Assembly: GCA_044892525.1 (NCBI GenBank)
Contig: CM097885.1
Span: forward strand, 42,968,001-43,032,000
Direction: 5' to 3'
Length of the DNA stretch: 64,000 nucleotides
Origin: Schmidtea polychroa
Taxonomy: Eukaryota
Shown: piece by piece, positions 36,687 through 49,226 of the stretch
Layout: the number at the start of each line of letters is the position of its first letter
Position numbering within the stretch: position 1 is the first letter of the stretch
Notes under the pieces: model-generated
Databases searched by the model: none
The model's input: only the letters and a program-made list of their open reading frames with translations
What the model was told of the DNA's origin: nothing
Position numbers and translations under genes: made by a program

Positions 36687-37936
36687 GAATTTTAATAATT
36701 TTAAATTAATGATATGTTAACAGTACGTTATGACTCTCTACTTTCGGAATAAAAAAAGCTATATTAAATTTGCGTGTATTTTATATTATGTGTGCTGTGT
36801 TTGTATGTAAAATTATTTTTCTGTCACTTTCTCAATTCCTATAATAAAACTTTTAACATTCGGAACATTAAATTTTTGCACACAGGTAAGTTTGTGTGTT
36901 GCTATAATATAATTTTATCGAATTTTTTTTTAGATTATAGAAACTTTTATATTCTGGATTTAGGTGTATTAGATACATTATACTGGCAACAAAGAATAAA
37001 AAAGTTATATTTTTCAATGACTGACTCGTCAAAAAACAAAACCGAAAGGCTATTTCTCTTACGTAAATTTTTTTCAAGAGAAGCTGGCTTATAACATAAG
37101 ATTAATGATTTTGATGGAAGTGTATATGAGTCAGGGATTTAAATTTGTCAACTGTTACTGCATTGAAGAGTTAAATATTGAGAACGTTTTAAAAATTCAT
37201 TCTCATTTTATCATTTCAGCATAACGGTGGGAATTATTCATAGAATTTTGTGTAATTATGGACGTTAACTTCAAAGTGCTTTCGGCATGTCATCTCACAA
37301 TGCCTATTACTACAAACCTGTATCAAAATATTGTTAAGACAATGGCTAAGATTACAGTCATATCTCATTTAGAGGTACTAAAGGTGTTGTATCTCACTTT
37401 GTACATTTGAGAACGTGACAATCCTAGCAATATCTAGCTTTATATAATTTAAATCATTTCCTTTTCCATATAATTTTCATTTGTCAAATAATAATTTCAT
37501 TTATTTAATAGTAAATATATTACTAACAAATTACAAGTAAAATATTTCATTAAATTTCTTTTTATATATTGCCATTTTTTTCAACTTCATATCATATTTT
37601 ATATATTAGATAATAAATTTATTATAATATTAACATATTGTATTGCCGACAATATGTATTAGTAATCTTTCCTTTAATGTAGGTTTTTGTCCATAGTTTA
37701 AACCTAAATCATTGTCGACATTTATTGACGTTCTTTATAAAATTTTCAATTTTCTAATCAATTTTAAATTTTTATTTTTTAATGTTTTAAAACAAGTATA
37801 AAACTAAAATCAACATGGTCAATGGAAAAAACATTTAATATTATTTTAATTATAATTTTCAAAGATCTGACTAGTATGTTAAACTTAAAGTTGTAGAATC
37901 GTTTTTATTTCGTTAATTTATTTGACAATTCTACAG

Positions 37937-38218
37937 CATTTCATTGTTTACCCAAACCAAACAATTCTAATCAACAAATCAAAAGTTCCCCGGAAGATAA
38001 TGGAGTGAATGATTATGGAAGAATAATAAGTTTGTTCAGCATTACAGTTTTGGCGTTGACATGGATTGTTATTTCTGCAATTTCATGGGGATTTTATTTT
38101 GCACTCAGAAGTACACCTCGCAGCGTGCCAACACCAAGTTTATACGATCCAAATTTACAGCCGGAAACCATTCAATTAGCAAAACCACTATCTATTAATA
38201 TAAAACAATTTGAAAAAG
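37937..38218 (+). CDS. Host gene exon A (transmembrane segment)
   Basis: ctacag acceptor, open frame with IISLFSITVLALTWIVISAISWGFYFAL, phase-1 donor G|gttag; start exon not resolved. Confidence 0.65.
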
Positions 38219-38943
38219 GTTAGAATATTATTTGCTAATAATTTATATTGTAATTATAGAAATAAAATTTTAAAAATAGTTAATAATAAAATTAATATTT
38301 AAATTAGTAACTATATTAACTACTTGCACTGGCAATTAATTAACATACGAATGTTTTGAATCCGTCCAAAACATTTAACAGCGAGTTGACATGTTATTTT
38401 AAATTATATAAGTAATTCGAACGTTATACAATATATAGCTTGTAGATAGAAGTGCCAACTAAGCAATGATCACACTATGTGTGGTTAATCCTGAACATGG
38501 TTAATTTATGTATCGGATCTGTGCTCGTTGATTACTTTTTTTGTGTTTGTAGGGTGTGCACAAAAATGCTAGGCAATGTTTTTTAATCGAGTCAAGTTGT
38601 AATCGTGATTGGTTTTTGTGCTGGATTTTTTACTATAATTTTTCCAGTTTTGGAAGGAGATTTTTTGAGTATTTAGTCGTACTTATTGGATTGATTTTTT
38701 AGATTTTTTGATTTTGGAGTTTTCTTTCTTGTGCTTAATAAACGTTTGAATATTGAAAATGGTTTTTCTTCAAAAAATATTAATGGTTAGGGATAATAAA
38801 TCAGTAGTCTTACCTTCTGCTGCTGCTTTTTGGCCGCAACTGTCCTGGATTTTTGAGATTTTTCCCGTGTCTTGCGTTTAAGACAATTTGTCCCGGATTT
38901 TGAAAATTTTTGCAAAATATTTTTCACTATATTTCACAGATTA

Positions 38944-39271
38944 CCGTATTTTAGCGAATATAGTGCGCTCCCCTGGATAGTGCGCACCTAAATTTCGCGC
39001 TCAATTCGGAAAAAAAGTTTGAAAAATAGTTATAAGACATATAGTGTAGCATACGACAAGTACAATATTAAAAAACAGCAGGTTAGCAGATAAAGTATTG
39101 ATCGTAAAAACCCATAAAACCTTCAGATTCCTCACTTGAACTTATTTCCAAATTATTTTCCTCTACCTCGGGATCCGAATTCGCATAATTTTGACCTGTC
39201 TTATATAATGCGCATCGGTATTTTAGAAAAAAATACACAAAAAAGTGCGCACTTTAATCGCTAAAATACGG
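38944..39271. mobile_element. pogo/Tc2-type MITE
   Basis: 25-bp TIRs CCGTATTTTAGCGA.TA.AGTGCGC (23/25), TA flanks. Confidence 0.88.
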
Positions 39272-39547
39272 TATTTTTTATAACAAAATGTTGAAAATGT
39301 TTTAACGTATGAAAAAAATTTAAAAATGAAATAACGTTTAATTTTAAAAGATTTTCACTCTCTGCCTTTAATTTTTCCAGTGTTATCAAATAAAGTTGTG
39401 AAAAAAGTATAATTTTCAATACTTTGCAAGAAAAATCAGAAAATTTATCGTAAAATTACTTAATAAGACTGTTAAAAGTGTAAGTTACTTTTTTGAATTC
39501 ATGCTGATAGAAGAATATAATTACTTAAATTATATTCTTCTATCAGC

Positions 39548-39680
39548 ATGAATTCAAAAAAACGAAAAACCACATAAAGTAATAAATACAAAGAAGAGTT
39601 TAGCTTCCAGGATAAGACTAAAGAAGATGATTCAAAGGTATTCTGTAACATCTGCTTATCTACATTTTCTATTGCTTAAT
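39548..39680 (+). pseudogene. hAT-like transposase N-terminal remnant
   Basis: MNSKKRK start and DDSKVFCNICLSTFSIA BED-finger-like motif; TGTCC(C/T)GGATTT subterminal repeats at 38840-38900. Confidence 0.5.
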
Positions 39681-40579
39681 TGTGATAGTTTGTGATTTTA
39701 CATTAAAAATGTAATATAAATGTTTATTAAAATACAATCCTTTCTATTTAAAAACTGCAATTGCAGTCAGAATCACGGGATGAATACCAAACGCATCCGG
39801 TTCAATCCATGCCTCTCAAAATGAAATATTTCAAAACAACTTTGATTTAATTACGCATTGGTCTAAGTTGTATTATAATTATAAAAATGATCACGTGAGT
39901 GTGACGTACAAATTGCTTGCTTATTGCGAATTCAAATTAGAAATTGTGATTCAATTTCTCATTAATTTGTGGATATTCTTTTCGATACTCTTTATAAATA
40001 TTATATAATTTTCAATATTTATCTTATTTTTCGAAAAATTAAACCTGCTTCGGATAGAAAGAAATATTTATTGTCAGACTCTTGAACAAAATTAACAAAT
40101 TTGATTTATCAATTATTTCTAAAATAAAAATATTCAAGAAAATAAATTAATATTTTTTGGATTCAACAAAGAATGATTTAAAAATTTCTTTGCTTTACTT
40201 AGATGTCTTTTGTTGTATATTAGAGGAGATTTAGTTGAAAGATGATTAAAAGCTTTGAATGAAAAAACAACATTTATTGTTTATAGCCAATAATATACAA
40301 ATTCGTGTGAAATAATTTTATTAAAAAATTATTAAAAAATTATTAATTCATTAGAAGATAATTGCAAATTTTCTATTGAATTTCGATAAGAAAAACTGAA
40401 ATAAACAAGCTGGGCTCAATTTGATTAATTGCTTGTTGTTTTCACCACTATTTTATTAAGGTTTCTTTTTATTAAATTATATTATTTAGAATTTATATCT
40501 AAAAAATGCTTTATTTTTGTGTTATTATATATATAAATAGAATAAGTTAACTTTTATTGAAAGTTTTAATTATTTTTAG

Positions 40580-40663
40580 ATTCAGAAAATCCTCAGATAA
40601 GGAAAGAAGATGCCGCCATGTTAAGTGCGAATGACGCGTACGGTTCAGCTAATTATCAGAATA
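40580..40663 (+). CDS. Host gene exon B
   Basis: ttttag acceptor, 84 nt, phase 1-1, A|gtaag donor; DSENPQIRKEDAAMLSANDAYGSANYQN. Confidence 0.65.
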
Positions 40664-42343
40664 GTAAGCAAATAATTAAATATTTCATAAAACCTAAATT
40701 TATGAACCAAGTTTGCATATTATTTTTAAATGCATTATTTTCAATATTTAATATTTTTTATTAATTCTGATGTAAAAATATTAGAACGTTTTTAATAGGC
40801 GTGCTGTGTGCATATATTTTTTTTTTTTTAATTTAAATTAAATTTACGGAAAAAAGATAATTTTTAAATCCACTATTTCACGATTTAACTATATGATTTG
40901 CTTTATTATTATGACTGAAAATGTAATTAAAATTTATGAGTTCCTGAAGTGTAACTCCGCTGAGTAATTTTGACCCTTAACCACTAATTTAGACCACAAA
41001 TTTAATTTTAAAATGTGACTTGTCAAATGACTTATTCGTTCTACGACTTATGTATTATTGTTTTTTATTATATATTTAGTATTTCAATGAATCAGTGTTT
41101 TGAGTTTATTTAAATATTAATTTTTCCTATGGGCCAGCGTTCTAATTTTTAAAGCCAACACTGATTGGCCGCTGTATGCTTAGACTGGCATAAAAATGCT
41201 TCTGGGAGTTTGATATACTTCGGCTATCATTGTAGTCTTCGGTTCGTTCTTCATTGTAAATTTATCAATTTTGGCGGCTCAAATTTCTGCAATATAGAGA
41301 ATAATTATATAAATATTATCGTTATAATATTTAATTCATTCTATCGTCTATGTAGAGGAAAAACTCATTAACTGACGATATTATTATCATTCGTTTTATT
41401 GAAATAAATAATAAAATCCAATAATTATGAAATAAATAAAAAGAATCAAGGGAAATTTGAGAAACAAAAAGTGAGAAAAAGTAATTGAAAATTAGAAAAA
41501 AATAACAATAAAATGTAAACAATGAAATTAACAATTCTTATATACAAGTACAAAGTGAAGAAGGAAAAGCAAAAACAAAATCTAAATTAAATTTACATAT
41601 CTCGATACCATGTATGAGATAAAGTAAAGATATCATTGGGGAAGCTGAAAAATGGCGTCATCTCAAAATTATGTATCTCGAAAGCCTTCAGAGATAAAAG
41701 AAGAACTAGAAATGACCGAAGAGAATATAATGGAAGAAGGAATCAAAACTAAAGACAATATCAGTAAGTGCAATCAGATAGGAGATTCTAGAAAGAAACA
41801 CAATATGAACAAAAAAAAAGTTGTAAAGAAAAAAAGAAAACAGAATTAAAACGAAACCCAATGTAAATTACGAAGTTATCGGAGATACGATTTAAAATAA
41901 ATTAAAGCTATCAAATAAATTCAACTAGATCGAATCTAACAATCATCGAAACTAGAAACAGTAGTCAAGTGGTTGTGAATTCCAAGTTGTATTATAAATG
42001 TGTTATTCCTCCAGAAGGTTTGCAATAAGCACTCAAGTCATTGTTGTAATATTAACTACTTAATGCACACATTAATTTCAAGTTTTCTGTCAGAAAATTA
42101 TCAGTTTTTTTCACTAATCTAGTACCCATATACAATTAGAAAAAAAATAAAAGTATTTTCAGTGGCGTAGCAAGGATACTTTTACCAGAAGGAAGAAAAT
42201 TAAGAAAATGGTATTTTTTGAAAATAATATATATATTTTATAATTACAAGCATTTAGTTTCGATATAAGAAAATATTTTATTATAAAATTAATTTTATAT
42301 GAAAAACTTCAAAAAATATTATTTCGTATGGTATACTATAAAA

Positions 42344-44842
42344 CAGTGGTACGCAAACTATGTGCCGCGGCATATTAGTGTGCCGTAAAAGAATTTAAAA
42401 TGTGCTGCTAATGCGAAAATATTTAGTACGAAAATATTTTTTTTAGTTATTTAATAAAAACAAAACACTGTCAAGAAGTAACAATAATTGATAAAAGTGA
42501 CCGTTATTTAATTGAATTTTTTATGGAAAATTCAAATTTGTTTTAAATTTTCCATAGTAGGCTTGCTATTTTTCTTTGAAATTTTTAATACTATGATTGG
42601 AATAAAGCCATTCGTAAAAAATTTCAAAATTTATAGTGGGGAAATTTGTAGAACTCATTATTTTGTTTGTATCGTAAGTGAATAGAAGTTATTTAATAAA
42701 AACATTATTATTATTATCGATTTTTATTAGTAACTGATAAAAATTCCAGATATTTCTTTGATTTGACAAAGGTTATTAATTAATTGGTAGTGATCTAAAT
42801 TGTTGTTATTCCAAGCAAGTAATTTAATATTTTTTTTCTTAACATTTATTTTAATACAAGGCATCCTTATGGATAAATTTGTATCAAGAACTCAGAAAAC
42901 TGGACATGAAAATGTCCAAAATCCAAATCCAAAATCAAATGCGAAATCAAAGAGTTTGGCAAAGCGCAAATATCAAGACGACTATATTGAAATTGGGTTT
43001 ATTCCATCAGAAAATGATAGTTCTCTTCCATTTTACTTAATTTGCTCAAAAACTCTTGCGAATGAATCAATGGTACCAAGTAAGCTTCATCGACATTTGG
43101 AAACAAAACATCCAGAAATGAAGAATAAACCAAAAATGTACTTTGACCACCTCCGAACTAATTTACAAAGGCAGTCAAAACAAATTAAGGTATTTTGTTC
43201 GATCCCTAAAAAAGCCCAAATTTCTAGCTATAAAATTGCTCAACTTTTATGCAAAAATAAAAAGTCACATACTGATGCCGAAAAGATTATTTTGCCAGCG
43301 TTAGAAATTGCCGTTGAATTAATGTTCGACCATCAAGCAGTCGAAAAAATTAAGCAAATTCCGTTGTCAGCTGATACAATTTCTCGAAGAATTCAACACA
43401 TGTCGCAGGACGTTGATAATCAGAGTCATGAGCATTTCGTAGCAAATACAGATGAACTTGAAAAACTTTGGGCGCTTCAAATTGACGAATCGACTGATAT
43501 CAGTAGCAAAGCTCAGTTGATTGCGTTTCTACGATTCATCAGAGAAGGAAAAATTAAAAACCAATTTTTCTTCTGTAGTGAGCTGACGAAAAATACCACG
43601 GGAAAAGATGTTTTTGAGCTGGTCAATCAAAAAGTTCAATCAAAGGGACTCCAATGGGATAACTGTGTTAGTGTCTGCACTGACGGAGCTCCAGCAATGC
43701 AAGGACGGAACAAAGGCTTTATTGCTTATGTTTTGCATCGCAATCCACAAGTAAAAATTGTGCACTGTATGATTCGTCGAGAAGTTTTACTTTCAAAAGC
43801 TCTGCCCACTCAGCTTCTGCAAACAATGAATGAAGTAATCAAAGTAGTGAACTACATCAAGTCAAATCCGCTTCGGACAAGAATATTTACGTCTTTATGT
43901 GAGGCAATGGATTCAGATCACAAAAGTTTACTATTTCATACAGAAGTCCGATGGCTCTCGAAGGGGAAAGTGCTTGCTCGTGTTGTCAGTTTGCGAACTG
44001 AGATTATTTCCTATTTTTCTACTGAAGGTGGTAAGTTGGAGTTTCTTGAAAGCGATATATGGTGGCTGGAAGTTATTTTTCTGAACGATTTATTTGAAAA
44101 ATTGAACTTACTTAATTTAAGTCTGCAAGGTGAGAAAGAAAATATGATCACAATTACAGGAAAACTCAAAGCATTCGATGAAAAACTGCAATTTTGGATC
44201 AGACAGACAAAAAAAAATAACATTGAATTTTTGCCAGGTGTCCATGTTTCTCAAAATCAGAGCAAAATAATGAACCAAATCTATAAAACATTGTAAAATC
44301 TTTTTTCATCTTTCTCCAAATATTTTCCGTCGCTTGATACTTCACAATATGGTTGGGTGATAAATCCATTCATATGCCACAATGATGTGTCTCTGTCTTT
44401 GGCAGAAGAAGAAAAACTCATTGAATTGAAAAATGATGTAGTTTTGAAAGCTGCGCTTGTTGAGAAGGACTTGCCAGAATTTTGGATTTTCGTAAAAAGT
44501 CAATATCCTGATTTAAGTTTAAAAGCCATCAAATCTCTGCTGCCATTGGGATCCTCATATCTGTGCGAATTCGGATTCTCTGCACTCACAGAGATTAAAT
44601 CTAAAAAGAGAGAGCGATTGCTAATGTTGGATGATGAGCTGCGAGTTTGTTTAACAAAAATCGAACCACGTAACAAATTTATTTGCGACAAAAAACAAGC
44701 GCACTCATCCCATTAAATAAAATATAAACATGTAATTTCATTTTATTAAAAAAATTCTATATAAAAGATACATTCTTTCTATTTGTGCCTTGACTTTTTT
44801 TTTCTATTTTGTGCCGGGAGGTAAAATGTTTGCGTACCACTG
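42344..44842 (+). mobile_element. Full-length hAT (Buster/Charlie-type) transposon
   Basis: Perfect 15-bp TIRs CAGTGGTACGCAAAC, perfect 8-bp TSD CTATAAAA. Confidence 0.97.
42869..44716 (+). pseudogene. hAT transposase with one premature stop (44294-44296)
   Basis: PSKLHRHLETKH, ALQIDESTD, VCTDGAPAM, HTEVRWLSKG, SYLCEFGFS; the two ORFs are in the same frame. Confidence 0.93.
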
Positions 44843-46022
44843 CTATAAAACAAGGTACGGCACACAATCCTACGTCACAATTTCTTGTTTCTTTCCTTTG
44901 CTTCTTCCCTTTGTCATCCCTTTTACTGCAGCACACAGCACAACACCTACATGGAGCAGTTTTATTTTCCGTTGATGGCACATATTCGCTCATTTTCAAA
45001 CAGTTTTACTAAAATAGATAAAAAAATAGTTATAAAAATTATATAATATAACATAAAGTTTTATCTTACCAAAATATTATGGTTCACTCGTATAATTAGT
45101 ACTCCAGAACTAGTCTGAACTGGACTGAACAAGAATTTCTAATGTAAACAATATTATATGTATAACCTGATTCAACTAACTTCCCCACCAGAAACCGCAG
45201 GCCGCCGCATACCCCGCGATGGCCTTGTCTATTATTATATGGTGACATACTTACTTTTATTATACCTTTATTTAGTAAAAAATACGATACGTTTATTTTT
45301 TTTTATTCAGGAGTATTTATTATATGATACAGATTCTAAACGAAAACACCATACAAAATAATGATAAATTTAGATGTTTATAATATTTATAATTTATTTC
45401 TGTAACTCAATAATACTACCGACATTTATTATTCAATAGATAAACAAATCTTGAAATGTATCCGTGTCGGACACGATCATATAAACTTTCTTTACAACGT
45501 AATATGGTTGGATGTGTGACACACAGGCAGGTTCAAAATTTACCAGAAAGGAATGAACGTGTCAGACACGGGTTAGTGCATTAAGTGGTTAAGTTATTGT
45601 TGTCCCTGTAAATTTGTAATTAATTGTGTTAATCAAAAAAGGTTTATATTGTCTGAAGTTTGTTATTGATATTAAACAAAGCACGCTTTAAAGTCCGATC
45701 AATAATTGTTAACTTTTATTTCATCGACGACCCCAACATATTAAAGAAATCTATTTTTGTTTTGTTTTTATAATTACTATTAAATTAAAATTTTGTGAAT
45801 TTTTTTTATTATAGAGAATTTTTAAATAATTACTTATTTTTATTATCAACCTAAACCAAAAATCAAATTTATCCTTGTACCAAACCCAAATAAAATAGAA
45901 AAAATATATTTACTTTGCATTTATGCGATTGAGTAATTAATATTTTATAGATATCAATGATAGTAAAAATATTAAATTATATTGAAGAATTTAAATAATT
46001 TTGGAATTAATTTTATGTTCAG

Positions 46023-46094
46023 AAAACTATCAGATAAAAAGGGAAGATGGCCAAATATTAAGAATTAATGATGGTTCTCCAAATTATCAGAGTA
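46023..46094 (+). CDS. Host gene exon B' (paralog of exon B)
   Basis: gttcag acceptor, 72 nt, phase 1-1, A|gtaag; NYQIKREDGQILRINDGSPNYQS. Confidence 0.6.
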
Positions 46095-46401
46095 GTAAGA
46101 AAAATATTATTTTTTTATTAATTTTTATTGATTTAAAAATAAAAAATAAAATAAAAATGAATTTCATTGAAGATTGTACTACTAGATTGTGATAATTTTT
46201 ATGTTTATAATATAATTATTATAGGCTAACATTGTATACCTAGATTTTGTCAGACCTCAACAGAGCTACCGGTAAATTAAATTTGCATTGGGAGAGTTTG
46301 GGTGTATATATGTTATTCTTGAGCGATGCTTTGTTCATGTGCAATAAAGAAAATGCAATTTAAGCAAGAGAGGAGAGAGATAAAATAAAAATTATAATTT
46401 A

Positions 46402-47400
46402 CCGTATATACTGGAGTACAAATCGGAAAATTTCAACCTTTACATGAGGAGATAATCTTAATCCTACTTATACTTAAGCCAAAAGTAATAAAACCTCAAG
46501 AATCTTAGATTTTAAGAACTTTCTGGTAATTTCCATTTTTAAATACAACTTGACATATTAATAATAATAATATTATATTTTTAAATTTTGAAGTCTACCG
46601 CTGCAAGATGTCAACAATCAACCAACAAGCTGCCCTAAGTAAACCTAATTTACATTTACCTACGCACTGTCTTTGTCTATAAATGCTATAAAATAACCAC
46701 CAAGAGAATGTTGATCTCCATAAAATACAGTTGTAGTATAATTAACATTAATATAATTATACAATAACAAGTTAAGGTCATGAGTGAATTAAAAAGAAAA
46801 CGAACTTCCTATGAGATGAGCTACAAGTTAAAAGTTGTTCAATTTGCTGAACTTCGTGGAAATGCAAATGCTATGCGCGAGTTTGGTGTTGATAAAAAGC
46901 ATGTTCGTGATTGGCGCAAGATGAAGGAGACGTTGATTGTGATGCCTAAATTTAAATGCGCTCGTCGTGTAAATATTGCTTTGTTTCCCGCTTTAGAAGT
47001 TGAATTAAATGACTGGGTTCTCTCTCAACGTCGAAATGGTTCTATTGTCACTCGCAATTTAATTCATTTCGAAGCTTTAAAATTAAAGAAAATGGATAAA
47101 TATAAAAATTTACCTGATATCAGTGATTTCAAAGCATATGAAAGAATCGGCTTCTCTAACAAAAAGGGGAAATCTTATGAAGCTTGATATAACGTTCGTC
47201 GTTGCCTGGGTTAAGGAAGCATGGGATCCGATACCTCCAGAAATAATAAAAAAAATCATTTCTGAAATTTGGAATTTCGAATGCAATGGATGGGTCTGAG
47301 GATGATGCACTACCAGGATTGTGATGAATGTGACACAACTCAGAGAGTGGTGAAGAAGAAGATGATAAAGACAAAAGTGACGACGACAATTTGATGTTTT
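46402..47400 (+). mobile_element. pogo/Tigger-like transposon remnant, DDE core deleted
   Basis: TA|CCGTATATACT left end; 46780-47140 Brinker-like plus CENP-B HTH; C-terminal WVKEAWDPIPPEIIKKSF..GISNAMDGSEDD; right end not found. Confidence 0.82.
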
Positions 47401-48929
47401 TGATATTCACTTGAATAATTCGTTAATTCGATAATTCGTGCATATGAAAAACATCGATATATTTACTGATTCATATTCAAGCTTTTTAATAAAGACAATA
47501 AATTTAAATATTATAATTAGCGTAAAATTTTAATACAATAAAACCACGAAAATTGTCCATAAATTATTTTTCTCCTTTAATCAAGCTTTTAAGAAAAAAG
47601 GTGAAAGAGATGTTTTTTGTTGAAATCTTTAAATTAAAAATAAATAATATTTTTTGCTATTATTGACAAGAGTTAAATTTGTTTCATTTATTCTTTCATA
47701 ACATCAATTTCCCATCTGTTTCTATAGCTCAATAGACATCTGTGTAGATACAATTTCATTTCCAATGTGCTTATTGATGAATATATTTTTTCCTTCAGAT
47801 CAATTTCAGTTAGAAATTTCCTATTTTAATGAAATGTTATACAAATAAATTTTTACTAAACTAGAGTAAATTTTGAATTATTAATATCTGATTGGATAAA
47901 TTATATTTGTTAGATAATATTTTTATAATATTTATATATTTTCATTTCAATGCCTGTGCGTATAAATTTATAAAATCCTATCAAAATTGTCCATTAAAAG
48001 CTTATCGAAACTATTCCTTAATTTTTTCTATTTTATTTGCATTGAAATTGAATTTATTTTTGTTTTAATTGGTAATTTTGTTTAAATGGATATTTAAATA
48101 TTAAATATTAATTTCATTACTTATTTTAATAAATTTTTAATTTATTATTTTTAATATTAATATTTGGATTCTTTCATGCAGTATAATATTAAATAATAGA
48201 AACCAAGATTTTATTAATGGGCGGAGCTTAATATAAATCGTATCCAGTTATTAGAAAATAATAAATTCATCTAATCTGCTTCAAATTGGATCAATTTACA
48301 ATATACAAATATATTCAATAAATCATAATTCACCGCCTTAAGTCACCGGATAAATTCTTCAAATTCAGGAAATAGCACCGGAATATAAACGGAATGTCCT
48401 TCTTGATTAATAAAGTGTTTTTGTTTTTCTTGATTGGCATAGTTAAAGTCATAGAGGCATAAAATATTTCAATAGAAAGCAACTATTGTAGACTTCATAT
48501 TACTTTTATTGTATATTATTTTCGTATGTGTTGCTCAATTGAGTAATTATTAACATTTTTTTATGATTATATAATAACATCAAATTTTAACACAGTATAC
48601 CTTGTCTAATTTTACAATTTTGGAAGATATGATTTTTTTTGGTTTTTATGTTTTTAATAATTTTTTATTATTGTTATTATTATATTTTTTTTATTAATAT
48701 TTTATTATTACTTATTTATTTTTACTCTTTTAATTAAATTTTTAATTAATTAATTAAATTTATTAATTATAGTGTGTTACTTTTCCAGGCATTTTTTGAC
48801 ACCCGGGATTCGGGATTGGAAAAAGTTGTTTCCCGGGAAATAGCCGGATCCCATAAATTCATTGTTATTAATTTCTACAATAAAAAACTTTGGGTTTTGT
48901 TTAAAATGAGAACACAAATCATATATTAA

Positions 48930-49070
48930 TCAATTAAATGATAATTTAAGCCTTTTGCCGCTAATAATACATTTAATACAAATGAAAATTTTTTCTAATA
49001 TGAGATAGAATAATATATTCATTTATATTAAATATATTATTCGCAGCAAAAGGCTTAAATCATTTAATTG
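48930..49070. repeat. Fold-back (palindromic) MITE-like repeat
   Basis: GATAATTTAAGCCTTTTGC ... GCAAAAGGCTTAAAT arms; same family as 54412-54765. Confidence 0.75.
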
Positions 49071-49121
49071 TTTAAAATTTAAATAATTCTGCTTTCAAGA
49101 AATCTTCACTTTATAATAGTT

Positions 49122-49226
<105 letters not shown>

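Larger units (their letters stand above)
42056..45588 (-). mobile_element. Internally deleted piggyBac element
   Basis: TTAA TSDs (42052, 45589), 13-bp TIRs C(T/C)ACTTAATGCAC, C-terminal Cys-rich domain CAVC...RKETR.CDVGLCAVPCF|IVYHTK* split by the hAT insertion. Confidence 0.9.
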
